A stretch of DNA of 64,000 nucleotides from Raja brachyura (taxonomy: Eukaryota), in the NCBI GenBank assembly GCA_963514005.1, contig OY740781.1, forward strand, positions 160,022,001-160,086,000. The letters run 5' to 3'. The position numbers and the translations under genes are program-made. The first letter of the stretch is position 1. Each line of letters starts with the position of its first letter. The notes below the pieces were generated by a model. The model searched no databases. It was given only the letters and a program-made list of their open reading frames with translations, and was not told where the DNA came from. Below are positions 35,906 through 50,009 of the stretch, piece after piece.

Positions 35906-37878
35906 GGAGGTGGCGGTGGGAGCCTGGTAAATGATAGGTGTAGGAAGGAACTGCAGATGCTGAAGATAGACACAAAATGTTGGAGTAACTCAGCGGGACA
36001 GGCAGCATCTCCAGAGAGAAGGAATGGGTGACTTTTACGGGTTGAGAAAACAACCCGTCTGAGGAAGGGTCTCGACCAAAAACGTCACCTAATCCTGCTC
36101 ACAGCGATGCTGCCTGTCCCACTGAGTTACTCCAGCATCGTGTGTCTATAAATGGCAGGTGCATACAGGTGAGGAGGGAGTGATTGGCAGATGGATGGAA
36201 TAGGTGACAAAGGCTGGAGGCGAGATGGAGAAAAGGACGTCAGATAAAGGAGAGGAGGGGAGGAGCAAAATGTAAAGCTAGAGGAAGGAGAAAGAGAGGG
36301 ATACAAGGGAAATGTGGGAGTCGGGATGGGAGATGAGTTTAGGAAGTAAGGGAAAGGAGCAGTATGACTGGGGTAGTCGGAGCTGGTGGAAAAAATGAAC
36401 CCACGCTGGGTCGGGGATATTACTTGAAATTGGGGAATTTAAAGTACATACCGTTGGGTTGTAAGCTACCCAAACGGAACACAATGCAAGTGCTCGGCAA
36501 AACGGTCACTTAGTCCATACTTCTTCTCACCAATGTAAGAGAGTGTTCAATGTCTTTGGTGTCTTTCAAAGCGAACTGGGAAAACAGCACCCTATATTTT
36601 GCATGGATAGCTTACAACCCAACAGGGAGTACATTACACTCTCCAATTTCAGGTGATAATGCCCATATTCCCCCTCTCTTTCCCTTGCCTCCACCCCAGT
36701 GCACACATTTCTCCCACCATCTTTCTCGATCCTGGTCACCCCGATCCTTTCCCGTCCTTTGTACGCTCATCTCCTGTCCCAATTTCCTATGTTTCCCCCT
36801 TTTTCCACTCCCCCCCCCTTCCACCTTCATCCCTTCCTCCGGCTTTAAGTTTCTCTCTTCTCGGTTGGAGTAAGTGACAAAGGCTGGGGGTGAAAAATAA
36901 ACAAATGGGTGTCACACGAGAAATGAAGAAGGGAGAGACGCAATAGGAATGTGGGAGGAAATCGAAGCACCTGGAAAAAACCCACGCAGTCACAGCGAGC
37001 ACGTGCAAACTCCACACAGACAGTACCCGAGGGCAGGATTGAACCCGGGGCTCTGGCACTGAGACAGCAGGTCTACCAGCTGCGCCACTGTGCCGTCCAT
37101 TGGCAAATCTTTATTTTGTTTTAAATGCCTCCCTATCCCTCCTTTTTAAATGGCCCATAAACCACACACGAGGAAAGGTAGTACAGAGGGTGGAAAGGAG
37201 GGATCCATCAGAAAGGGTATTTACTCTATCACATGGTCCTAGATCTCCCAAAATACAAAAAACCCCCCAATAATTTTAAGATAAAAGTCAATTTAAATTA
37301 GATGATAAATGTGAAAAGTTAGACAAGTTTATCTCAGAACCAAAAATTGGTAATTAGTTGGATAAGTAAACTGACTAGAGCTGGGAGCTGATTTTAGCGC
37401 ACAGACCCAGATTTATGCAAGATACAGACAGCTCAATTTACGACTGCGGTACGGTGTTAGAGAGGGTCAGGCAAACATGTTCCTCTGGTAGATTAGTCTT
37501 CCCACCAGTGTTGTAACTATTGGTGAAAATAGCACTATTGAGAAGGCTGTGGACAAAAATAGCCAGGGACCACCAGAGTTGGAGGAAAATTGTGCAGCCA
37601 ATAAATAAACTTAAAAGAAATTGTTGCAGTGAGGTGCAAGATTGAAAATGGCACGTTATAAACTAATTCAGTCCATCATCAATCACCTCTTGACAGTCTG
37701 TTTATTCCAATTAAGTCAGACAGACCATGTTAGATACACAACAACCAATGTGGGGCCACAGACTCGATATTTTACGTAAAATCACTAATCTGTAGATTAA
37801 TTTACCTATTTGGAATTTAACAGCTCTTGATAATAAGGCAAGCCATTTTTTTTACTGGTTTAATTTCAGAAACATTCT

Positions 37879-38079
37879 TTTTTTTTAAAATATATATTTT
37901 TTTTATTAGAGTAGGTAAGCAGTGAATTAGCAAACACATTATGATAGCAATATTTTGTGTACAACAATCATACATTATTAATATTATCAAATGAATCATT
38001 TTGTCTCTAATAATTTTTTTTTATAAAGAGAGAAAAACAGAGAGAAAAATAAAGTAAAAATCAAAAAGAAATCATAAAG
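37879..38079 (-). mobile_element. Short poly(A)-tailed retro-insertion (L1-like 3' tail)
   Basis: AT-rich, with AATAAA and A-tail on minus; perfect 15-bp TSD tttcagaaacattct at 37864-37878 / 38080-38094. Confidence 0.75.
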
Positions 38080-38375
38080 TTTCAGAAACATTCTAAGGAA
38101 CAACACAGCAAATTTATTGTTCAAATTGAAACATGGAGCATCAGAAAATATGTGGTGACATTAACTAAAATGCTCCTAAAATGAGAAAAAAATCAATTTT
38201 AAATAAAATGTAGAGGATACCAGGTAGATTTTTAAATTGAATCAATTTGCTGCTAAAAGCAAGGTCATAAGAAGTAAACTTGGGTCTGTCTTTCAAAGAA
38301 AACAAGAACGAGAGATCCACAGAATCCAGAGGGTGAATGTGTAGCCAAGGAGTCTTTAGTACAACATTTTTCTTG

Positions 38376-38845
38376 TAGAAACATAGAAAATAGGTGCAGG
38401 AGTAGGCCATTTGGCCCTTCGAGCCTGCACCGCCATTCAATATGATCATGGCTGATCATCCAACTCAGTATCCTGTACCTGCCTTCTCTCCATACCCCCT
38501 GATCCCTTTAGCCACAAGGACCACATCTAACTTCCCGCTTAAATATAGCCAATGAACTGGCCTCAACTACCCTCTGTGGCAGAGAATTCCAGAGATTCAC
38601 CACTCTGCGTGAAAAATGCTTTTCTCATCTCGGTCCTAAAAGACTTCCCCCTTATCCTTAAACTGTGACCCCTTGTTCTGGACATCCCCAACATCGGGAA
38701 CAATCTTCCTACATCTAGCCTGTCCAACCCCTTAAGAATTTTGTACGTTTCTATAAATCCCCCCTCAATCTTCTAAATTCTAGCGAGCTGAGTCTCTCCA
38801 GTCTTTCTTCGTATGAAAGTCCTGACATCCCAGGAATCTGTCTGG
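38376..38845 (-). mobile_element. CR1 3' end, same family as 6446-6940
   Basis: Near-identical to the 6446 copy, with the agaaacatagaaaataggtg tail. Confidence 0.85.
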
Positions 38846-41151
38846 TACATCCCTTCATCCTAGTTTGTTAGGTTTTAATGGTGACTTACCAAGGTATTGG
38901 GTCTTTTCATGTTCGTAATAAATCAAACCTTCAGTTCAACAATCAAAGTGCTTTTTTGGCATTATAGAGTGAAGGTTGCCTTCACTAAGTGCAAATGTAT
39001 AAAACCAATTCAGTATACCACAAAATGCTGGAGTAACTCAGCAGGACAGGCAGCATTTCTGGAGAGAAGGAATGGGTGACGTTTCAGGTCGAGATCCTTC
39101 TTCAGACTGCAAAGTACACCATACGTCTTTGTCTGGATGGATTTAACCCAGCCTCTTCCAGGAGGAAGCTGTTATTCCCGAAGATCAACATTTATATTTT
39201 ACAGAAATATGTCAAGATTTGTATTTAAAATCTGTGAAATTCTTAAAATCTAAACATGGATAGAATTAAACTAAGTTACTAGGTGGACCGGTCCTGGTAT
39301 TTTAAGAAATGTTTACACGTTGCCTCTGTTCTACCTTATCACCTCTGAAGATGAGATTGCAAATTACCTTTAAATTGCACACCAGTAATTCTAAAAATGA
39401 CAAAATTATTATGCAAAACATCAGAACCTAAATCACATCAAGAGGATCTTGCAGATTACAAAAGAAGAACCATCCCAAAGACAATGGAATTCAAATTGAC
39501 AATATCACTGCAACACAATGGAAAGAAGGACTTGCGGTTTTATCAATATCACTAACATCTGCAAATTCCAGATGGAAAATAAAAACAGAGACATCAAGAA
39601 AATTAATTTTAACACCTGCTCTGGACAGTGTGGGGGCAAGAAGGAATACGTAGTAAGTTGTTTAACCAAAAAAAAGACACAAAGTGCTGAAGTAACTTGG
39701 TCGGTCAAGCAGCATCTCTGAAGAACATGGATATGTGACGTTTTGGGTCTGGACCATTCTTCAGACCGAATTAATTAATTAAGGTTTATTTAAATAGGGA
39801 TAGATACAAAAACATAGATACACTTGAAACGGTCATCTGATGTATGCATCATAGAGTTTTTAGCCAAAGCTAATTCGCAACACTTGTCCCTAGTAGGGCT
39901 TTTGGTTAAAAATGATCATACAGATTAACATTATTAAAAATAGGAACACAGTGCAACACAGTGCATCAGGCAGCATATTGGGAGGACATGAATAGGAGAC
40001 ATTTCGGGTCAGGACAGGTCAGAAATGAAACATCCCCTATCCATGTCTCCAGAGATACTGCCTTACCCGCTGAGTTACACCAGCACTTTGTGATTTTTTT
40101 TTGTACACCAGCACCTGCACTTCCTTGTGTCAGGTTTCCATTAGAACAAATAAAACTGCAGAGTATTGCTAATTTTTCGGGTGAGTGGAGAATGTTTGGC
40201 TGGAAGATACGGACAAATGAAAAAACAATGTTCCACCTTCTCTTCAAGTTCGAATCATGTTAAAACAAAACATTCAAACAAGTATGGCATTAAACAAGGT
40301 TCATGAAATACCCACATTATTTAGGGTGTAAATTCATGTACATAGACATGGAAAGTATTTTAAGTTGCAGTATCAGCCAAGCCAACCATGTTAACATAAG
40401 AAGGGTCTCAACCCGAAACGTCACCCATTCCTTCTCTCCAGAGATGCTGCCTGTTGTGCTGAGTTACTCCAGCATTTTGTGTCCACCCACACTAACATAA
40501 GATGCCTATCAAAAGCCGGGAGAGAGAGAGAGAGAGAGAGGGATTGAACAAGGAGACAATGTCCCTCATCTGATATGCATGTGAATGGAACAGGTATGCA
40601 AACTATCTTATCCACACATGTTTGTGGTGAACTTTCAAATGCCAAGTCATTACTTTCCGTATATTCAGTTAACTGCCTGTCACACTAAAATGAATTTAAA
40701 GACAGATGTGAACACTACTGAATATGACACTAAAGAATGTACAGACACTGAAAATGTATACTTTTGGTTGAATTCTGAATTTGTTATTTTGAAATTTAAA
40801 AAATCCGAGGATGAGTTTTGTTCTTCACGTAGTTACAACTGTTGGACCGACTCTAATTTTAATCCTGGGCAGGTCAGTGGATTTAAGATTTTTCCTCTCA
40901 GCTGTTATACTAGTTTATGAATGGAATACAGGTGAATGGCTCTGGAAGGAGAAAAGGGGGGGGGGGCACCTATTCTTTCAAAAGCAACTGCTCTTGGTTT
41001 TAATTTAAAAAAGGCAGGAAAGGGTGAGGTTTAGGAAGGATGAGGACTATTCAATTGTAAACAGACGTGTTAAATCCATTGCAATGCCTATTGTAACTGC
41101 TGCTTTGCAAGTACACAGCAGGGAGGTTCTGGCTGTTTTTTTCCCCCTCAC

Positions 41152-41283
41152 CTGTGTAAATGAAGAGGCACACTGAAGAAAAGAACAGTTCCACTGTCAG
41201 CACTCCAAGAATAAGGTACATCATCAGGTCTTTCAGTTCAAAGGACAGCTGCGTGGCAAATATAAGCAGGATAACTACATTTC
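41152..41283 (-). CDS. tmem192: tmem192 exon 4: (G)NVVILLIFATQLSF...ELFFSSVCLFIYT
   Basis: 132 nt, phase 1-1, catatag|GA ... ACAG|gtgagg; matches human GNTVLLLIL...ELICSLICLLIYT. Confidence 0.93.
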
Positions 41284-44037
41284 CTATATGTAAAAAAAAA
41301 CCATACAAGTTTATTAGTGAATGTTCCCGAGAAGTTATCTATCACAATATTCTAATGCATTAAAAAAAAACCTTACAGAGTGAACGTAACATTGCATTTG
41401 CATTTTATTTCTGTCCATGAAAATTTACTGAGCTAGCCAGTAAAATGAAACATTTCAACCTCAAAGGAGAGACCTCTTTTTTCCTTTGCCACCCTTCTAA
41501 TTATGGAGCATGAATTTCTGAGCAGCAATAGTCCCGCTGCACTCTCTGGCGGTGGTTGGGGGAAGTAGGGGGGAGGGGGAAGTGGAGGGGAAAGGGGGTA
41601 ACTATGGAAACTTGTGTGCATCATTTACAGTTGCATTTATGCCAGCCCAGTTTACTGAGTGACCGTTGATCCCATCGGTCCCAATTAATTCCTGATCCCT
41701 TCCAAGGCTATGAGTGTTGTACTAGGAAGACCTAGTTGGACCTTGTCACCCAGTTAATTGTAAGGAGTATGCAAACATCCTCTGGTGTACAAGAAATCAA
41801 ACAAAATAAAAGCAAAACGCTGAACACATTCGGACAGTTTTTGCAAAATAAAATGAGTAAGAAGGAACCGCAGATGCTGGTTTACACCGAAGATAGACAT
41901 AAAATGCTGGAGTGACTCAGCGGGACAGGCAGATAGAGTCAGATGAAGGGTCTTCCCCCAAAATGTCACCTATACCTTTTCTCCAAGATGCTGTCTAACC
42001 AACCGAGTTACTCCAGCAATTTGTGTCTATCTTTGCAAACCAAAATAAGAATGACCTCTCGAAAGTAGATTGGTTAAAAGGAAATTGGCTTTAATAAGTT
42101 GAATTAATAATTTATTTTGTTTTAATTATTAGAAAACAAGACAGGCTCAAGAGAAGCGAGAACAGGTACTAGGCAAATCATCCCTTTCAGAAAGGAAATA
42201 AAAAAAGAAATTAGTCCAAGAGATAAACAGGATAAATGTGAAAAGATGAGGTGAAAGGGGAAATCAGGACAGAAACACATAGACTGGTTTAGTGTGGCAG
42301 GCACTGATAACATAAGCCGAGGCAGCCAAAGTGGTGAGATACGCACCCATGGAAATGAATGAAGGGAAGGTAGACACAAATGCTGGAGTAACTCAGTTGG
42401 ACAGGCAGCATCTCTGGAGAGAAGGAATGCGTGACGTTCCGGGTCAAAACCCATCTTAAGAAGGTCTTAAGAAGGGTCTCATCCAGAAACATCACCCATT
42501 CCTTCTCCCCAGGGATGCTGCCTGTCCCACTGAGTTACTCCAGCATTTTGTGTCTACCTTCGGTTTTAATCAGCATCTGCAGTTCCTTCCAACAAATAAA
42601 TGAAAGGGATCAGAATATCGGAAGGAAAGTTGACCTTCTCAGATCCTTCTGTAATAAATAAATCAGATGGTTTGATGGCAAAACCAAAAGATTTCCGCTT
42701 CCTTTGCAGATGTTACATCTCTGGTTTTCCAAAATGAGTGGTCAGAAAATCCTTGGAAGGTGTGGGGCTATAAGTTGTCAACAAAAGTCTTCTGACGTGG
42801 GAAGGCAGGCCAGAATGCAATGGGCTCGTTCTTTTTAATTAAAATTGATCCATTGAATAGTCTTTTGCCAGATTGCAAGGGGGAGGGGGGAGGAAAATCA
42901 CATACAAAGGATTCCAAGAGCAGATCTGATTACAAAGTGCAGCAGGGCTGGGAAGAAGCGATTGGTGAAATTGGAGCATTTCTTTCTTCTCAAATACAGG
43001 AGCAACACATATTTTTCGGCAACTGGTCATCCTCCAACTCCTTTAATTCGGACAGACTTACGAGAGCGGTCCGTAAATTTACGGAGATTTCAAATCCCCC
43101 CCCCCCCCCAATCGCAACCTCACTGGGACTTTCTCGCAGATCAGCGGGTTGAATTTGCCCCCCTGCGGCCGTGGCTTTGGGACCAGAGGCGACAGATCTG
43201 ACCCCAAAGCCAACTTCTGAGGACAACGTTGCAGACTGGCATCTCGGATCCATGGCTGCACCGGCAGACCGTCGCAGTACCGTTGGACTCCTCTCGGAGG
43301 CCATGACCTCTGTTGGTCCAGCAAAACGGATAACCCAGAAAGGCTCTGAAACCAAGACAGCGGAAAAATCACTGGTGGACCTGCACCTATGCATGGATTA
43401 TCGCAAAAAATACAATGAAGAAGGCACCAAATGAAGAATGGGATGTAGTTAGGCATCCAAAATGTTCATGCCGATTAGCTCTTTCTATGAACTGTAAGAC
43501 AAGTATAAAACGGTGAAGCTGCACTTGAAGAATTATTTATAGTTTTGGTTTACATTAAATATATGTTTAGCCGGAGTGTGCAAAGCAGATTTATAAGGAT
43601 GTTGCCAGGAATCGAGGGAGAGATTGGGCAGGCTATAACTTTATTGCTTGGAATGTAGGAGACTGAGAGGTGAACTTAGATTAATACAGTGTGGAAACAG
43701 GCCCTTCGGCCCAACTCGCCCACACCCGCCAACAATGTCCAAGCTACCTTCGTCCCACTTGTCTGCGCTTGGTCCATAACCCTCCAAACCTGTCCGATAC
43801 ATGTACCTGTCCAACTGTTTCTTAAACAATGGGATCTGTCCCAGCCTCAACTACCTCCACTGGCAGCTTGTTCCATACACCCACCACCCTCTGTGTGAAC
43901 AAGGTACCTCGGATCGAAACCTTCAGATTGAACGTTTCGGGTCAGGACCTTTCTTCAGGCTAGATGAGATGCCTAGATATCTTGACTGGCACGGATGCGT
44001 TGAGCTGAGAGACCAGTTTCTGTGTACTCCATGACTT

Positions 44038-44320
44038 GGGCGGCACAGTGGTAGAGTTGCTGACTTACAGCGCCAGAGACCTGAATTAGATCCTGACCAC
44101 AGATGCTGACTGTACGGAGTTTCCACTTTCTCCCTTTGACAGAGTGAGTTTCCTCTGGGTGCTCTGGTCTCTCTTACGCTCCAAAGACGTACAGGTTTGT
44201 AGCTTAATTGGCTTTGGTAAAATTGTAAATTGTCCCTAGTGTGTAGTACGGTGCTAGTGTATGAGGTCGGCATGGACTCGGTGTGCCAAAGGGCCTGTCT
44301 CCTCATTGTATCTCTAAAGT
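44038..44320 (+). mobile_element. tRNA-derived SINE (HE1/V-SINE-like)
   Basis: Same family, more diverged. Confidence 0.8.
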
Positions 44321-45399
44321 CGAACGACTTTTCATCTGGGGGCAGATGCGAGGAAATAGAAGCTTGCCATTGGCAAAACTGGGAGAGAGAAAAAAACCAC
44401 AGGAGACATGGAGGAGGCGAAAATGGAAATACAAAAGTACAGAGCACAATATGAAGTTAAAAAACACAAGAAAGAATATAGTGCATCTAAGGGGTTCTTT
44501 TTTTAATGTTAAAATTTTAGCTAAATTATAACTCGAGTGCAGTTTATTAGAACCGTTCACTGGGGCTAAATATCAGATGTCATAGCTATGAAAAATGAAA
44601 AATAGATAAAATAAGTTTTAAGAATCTTTTTTATGGATTGCTGGTGAATTAGCAAAAAGGAATTTCAGATTAATCACTGCATGGTGGAAATGTGAATAGA
44701 TGAGGTTTTTTCTTGCTTAAGAATGATGGATAGTAAATGGACTCAAAGCAGACATAGAAATAGATGCCCAATTTACAATGAAGTAGTTAGATATTTGAAA
44801 TTTTAAAAAGATAGGCACTAAATAGATTAGTCAGATCCACACACAGGCACAGTAGACCAACAGTTGTGATTTCTATGAATCCATGATGGCTGTGGCCCTC
44901 TTTCTGCTCTAGTATCTGCTTTCCACAGCGTTTCATATTCTGCCAGTCGCAGATATACTTCATAACCACCAGGTGGTGGCAAATTCATACTGTTGGCAGA
45001 ACAGTAGCTAGGCAATTAACTATTTAATATGAAAAAATGACAATGTCTAATCAGCTTATACATATTATCACACCAAACAGTTGGAAAAATAAATTAAGCT
45101 CTGTAGCTCAACTGTAGAGATACAATGCGGAAGCAGGCACTTGGGCCCGCCGAGGCCGCGCCGACCAGCACACTAACACCATTCTACACACACCAGGGAT
45201 GATATACACTTATCCAAGCCAATTAACCTACATACGTCTTTGGAGTGTGGGAGGAAACCGAATATCTCGGAGAAAACCCTCGCAGATCACGGGGGTACAA
45301 ACTCCGTACAGACAGCACCCACAGTCGGGATGGAACCCGGGTCTCCGGCGCTGCAAGCGTTGTAAGGCAGCAACTCTACCGCTGCACCACCGTGCCGCC

Positions 45400-47355
45400 C
45401 ATAGTTGTCCAGTCCTTTTATAATTTTATATGTTTCTATAAGATCCCCCCTCATCCTTCTAAACTCCAGTGAATACAAGCCTAGTCTTTTCAACCTTTCC
45501 TCATATGACAGACCCGCCATCCCAGGGATCAATCTCGTGAACCTACGCTGCACTGCCTCAATCACAAGGATGTCCTTCCTCAAATTAGGAGACCAAAACT
45601 GCACACAATACTCCAGATGTGGTTTCACCAGAGCCCTATACAACTGCAGAACCTCTTTACTCGTATACTGAGATCCTCTTGTTATGAAGGCCAACATTCC
45701 ATTAGCTTTCTTCACTGCCTGCTGTACCTGCACGCCAACTTTCAGTGACCGGTGTACAAGGACGCCCTGGTCTCGCTAACCTAACCTAACCCCATTGTTT
45801 TTGCCGCCAAAGTGGATAACCTCACATTTATCTCATTGTTGCTTTGCTTTGATCACAACTATGCTGAGCAGTTGCAAGCATATTGACAATAGTTGCAGGA
45901 GCAGGCCATTTGGCCCTTCGAACTAGCACCGCCATTCAATGTGATCATGGCTGACCATCCACAATCAGTATCCCATTCCTCCACCCTCTGAGGCAGAGAA
46001 TTCCACAGACTCCCAACTCTCTGTGAGAAAAAGTGTTTCCTCATCTCCGTTCTAAATGGCTTAGCCCTTATTCTTAAACTGTGGCCGCTGGTTCTGGACT
46101 CCCCCAACATTGGGAACATGTTTCCTGCCTCTAGTGTGTCCTATTCCTTAATAACCTTATATGTTTCAATAAGATCTCCTCTCATACTTCTAAACTCCAG
46201 AGTATACAAGCCCAGTCTCTCCATTCTCTCAGCATATGACAGTCCCGCCATCCCGGGGATTAACCTTGTAAATCAAGGAGGCCGTAGCCTTAGATGATGA
46301 TTAGATACAATAAATTGCTAAATCATATTATTTTGCAGAAGCTTAAAAATCAGGAGTGACATGGTGCATTTGAGCTTGGAGCCAAGCGATTAGAATCAAT
46401 GGCATACAAGCCCAAATTGGTTATATGGTCAATGTCGGCAGAGCACAGTTTTAAAAAAAAGACACAACTTATTAATTACAACTGCAAGTGGACAAGTAAC
46501 TCCAATCGATTTCAACAAAAAAATCAGTGCATGGATAACCCTGACTTCAAGACAAGCTTGGAAATCCTTTAGAATATTATTTTTCAATGTTCCACTAATG
46601 GGAGAGTCTAGGACCAGAGGGCACAGCCTCAGAATAAAAGGAAGTACTTTTAGAAAGCAGATGAGGAGGAATTTCTTTAGTCAGAGGGTCGTGAATCTGT
46701 GGAATTCATTGCTACAGACGGCTGTGGGGGCCGTAATTGGGCAATTCTAAGGCAGAGATTGACAAATTCTTGATTAGTACGGGTGTCAAGGGTTATGAGA
46801 AAATAACCAGGAGAATCGGGTTGAAAGGGAAGATAGATCAGCCATGATTAGATGGCTGAGTAAACTCAATGGGCCGAATGGCCTAATTCTGTCCCTATGA
46901 CTCATGAACTTTCCATAAGACCACCCGTCATCCTCCTGCACACCAAGGAATAGAGTCCCAGCCTACCCAACCTTACCAGATAGCTCAGACCCTCGAGTCC
47001 AGGCAAGATCCTCGAAAATCTTCTCTGGACTCTTTCCAGCTTGACAATATCTTTCCTAAATCATGCTGCCCAGAACCGAACACAATACTCTACATGCCGC
47101 CTCACCAACATCTCATATTAACTACAACATGACCTTCCAACTTCTATATGCAATATCCTGACTGATGGCCAAAGTGCCAAAAGCCTTTTTGACCACCCCA
47201 TCTACCTGTGATGCCACCTTCAAGGAACTATGTACCTGCATTCATAGATCCCTTTGCCCTACAACACTCCCCAGAGCCATGCCATTCACTGTGAAAGTCC
47301 TGCCCATGTTAGACCTCCCAAAATACAACACCTCACGTTTCTCTGTATTGAATCC
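45400..47355. mobile_element. Cluster of CR1 fragments
   Basis: ORF 45287..45733 VKKANGMLAFITRG...LEYCVQFWSP...RGDLIETYKI; further CR1 pieces at 45885-46270 (-), 46585-46910 (+), 46915-47355 (-). Confidence 0.85.
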
Positions 47356-47819
47356 AATTAAAACTTAAGATTAAATTGAGTTTTTCCTCTTTCCAAGTTC
47401 TGATATGAACCTTAAGCCCAGAGTTTCTTTTGCCACAAACGCTGCTGGGCTTTTCCATCATTTTCTGGTTTTTATTTCAGTTTTCCCTCATCTGCAATTT
47501 AGAACAAAATCCTACCGTTTATAACTTTTGATGCATAGCTTATTTTGATCGGAGCACTAGCAAAAGAATAGAATGCAGATAGCCATCTCTCGGCATTGAC
47601 ACATATGGCAGTCACATTAGTGATCATTTTGGCTTGGTTGGCAGTCAATTATGAACAAGAATTTTCCAGCATTCAGCATTTCCAGACTAGAACCTGACAT
47701 TTTTCTTTCTGGGTCTGTGAACCAGTGCACAAGATGGTGCCCCTTATTCATTGCTACCATGTTCTCATTCTTTCGCTAACGGTCGGTTAAAATCTGTTTG
47801 TACAATTAGAAGTCAATTC

Positions 47820-49490
47820 AACCTTTTTTAAAAAAATTGATAATATTGTTAATAGTTTTATCTGGGATTATAAAAATCATAGAATAAGTAAAAAACATTT
47901 ATGTAAGTCAAAGATAAACGGAGGATTAGCACTTCCAAATTTTCTATACTACTTCTGGGCAGTACAGATTAAGAATATGAATTTTTGGTGGGTAAATACG
48001 GACCTGGAACCAACGTGGCTAAAGATAGAAAAGGAAGATTGTTTGCCTTTCAACGTAGATTCAATTATTTTTGCCCCAAAGGAAGTTCAAAAAAAAATTT
48101 ATAGGGACAATCCAATCATTTATAATAATAGACGTATTTGGAAACAAATAGTCAAGACTTTACAATTAGACAATCTTTCATTTAGATTACCAATTATGAA
48201 TAACCCATTATTTAAGCCCTCCACATTGGATGGAGGGTTCAGACATTGGGATAATTTAGGAATTACAAGGGTAGAGCACCTCTATAGAAATGGAAAATTT
48301 CTTTCATTTCAGGAATTACAAGATATCTACGGATTGTCTTCACAGCATTTGTTTAGGTATTTCCAAATTAGAGATTATATTAAATCTAATACACAGGATT
48401 TTAAAAATAAGGAACCAGGATTATTAGATGAATCGTTTAACTGGCATCCAACCACAGAAAAATTAATAGCTTATATATATAACATCATTATGGATAAGGA
48501 GAATCCAATAACTGAAACATATCGTCAAGCATGGGAAAATGAAATTGGATCACCTATAACCAAAGAAAATTGGGAAGAAAGTCTACAACGAATACACCGG
48601 TGCTCGTTAAATGCTAGACATATATTAATACAATTTAAAGTATTATACAGATTACAGTATTCAAAAACCAAATTAAATAGTATATTTCCTAATCTCTCCT
48701 CTATTTGTGACAAATGTAAGAATTTAGAAGCAAATTTAACACACAGTTTTGTTACATGTCCTAAATTGAATTATTATTGGACAGAAATTTTTAAAGTAAT
48801 TTCTGAAGTTCTTAAGGTTAAATTAGAACCTGACCCAAAGCTAATAATACTGGGAATTCCAGAGGCTAATTTGATATTTACACTAGATCAAAGAAATTTC
48901 CTTGATTATTGTTTGATATTAGGGAAAAAAATAATATTGAAATTTTGGAAGGGAACATTATCCCCAACAATTAAAATGTGGGCATCAGAGATGTTGGAGA
49001 CGTTGCAGTTGGAAAGAATCAGATTTGTCCTTTTGGACGAGTATAATTCTTTTCAACAGATATGGTCTCCATATATACAGTATTTAGAGAAGTAGCTGTT
49101 CTTGGCATCACGGCTCGACTGACACCCTGCGGGATTTGATGAAAATAATGTATTGGTATACCAGGATATATGCATGTCTTTACTGATATTATTATTTGTA
49201 GTTGTTTCATTTATAATATATTGTGTGGCTTTTAATTGATATATATACATAATATGTCTTTTTTCTTTTTCTTCATTTTTTCTTTTTCTTTTATACCAAA
49301 TAATTATTAAGGAATTATAATTTTATTGATTAATAATGGTATTTCTCTTTACCCACTTTTATTTAAAAAAAAAATAAGATAATAATCATTAGAGTACAAA
49401 TATTGATTTAAGTTGATGTTTATAACTCAGTTTTAAACATTGAGAATTGTTTATTGCTAATAAAAAAATTATTCAAAACAAAAAAAAAAA
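47820..49490 (+). mobile_element. 5'-truncated young L1-clade LINE (ORF2 C-terminal part, 3' UTR, poly(A))
   Basis: Stop-free frame 47821-49095 (FIW...GGLALPNF, CCHC finger CDKC...THSFVTC); AATAAA and A-tail; TSD aagtcaattc at 47810-47819 / 49489-49498. Confidence 0.9.
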
Positions 49491-49505
49491 GTCAATTCTG
49501 CTCAC

Positions 49506-49755
49506 CCATAGAATGAATGAAAAGAGGCAGGTGTTTCAAATGCCTCACGGATCGGTACAGTGCCAGATAGCCTCTGTTTCTGACTTTGGAGTGCTGAGCT
49601 TGCAGGTAAAATTCAAAGACAGCATACAGGATCCAAAGGACGACTTTTGCGATTATTATAATGGTCACAGGTTTGAAAGACCAGAGGACATTTTTACAAC
49701 TGTCAGATGTCACACATACAAAGCCCAAAGTGAATGCCAGAGCAACAAAAGCAAC
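49506..49755 (-). CDS. tmem192: tmem192 exon 3: VAFVALAFTLGFVC...AKVVLWIL...HSKVRNRGY...HSM
   Basis: 250 nt, ttgttctag|GTT ... ATGG|gtgagc; matches human GKVILWIL...HSKIRNRGY..YRSTRHLK. Confidence 0.95.
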
Positions 49756-50009
49756 CTAGAACAAAGAAGATAAATCGATTATTTTCTTTAGAAAAGGAAC
49801 TCATCAGCAGTGCCAATTATCATATCAATGAATCCATATGTTGCGTTAGGATCGGATCCTCATCATAGAGTGTGTTCATGCATTGGATAGAAACAAGGAA
49901 CTACAGATGCTTGTTTGTACAAAGGTACATATACTGCAGGAGTAACAAGACTGAAGAAGGGTCATAAGTGTAGGAAGGAACTGCTGATGCTGGTTTCAAC
50001 TGAAGATAG

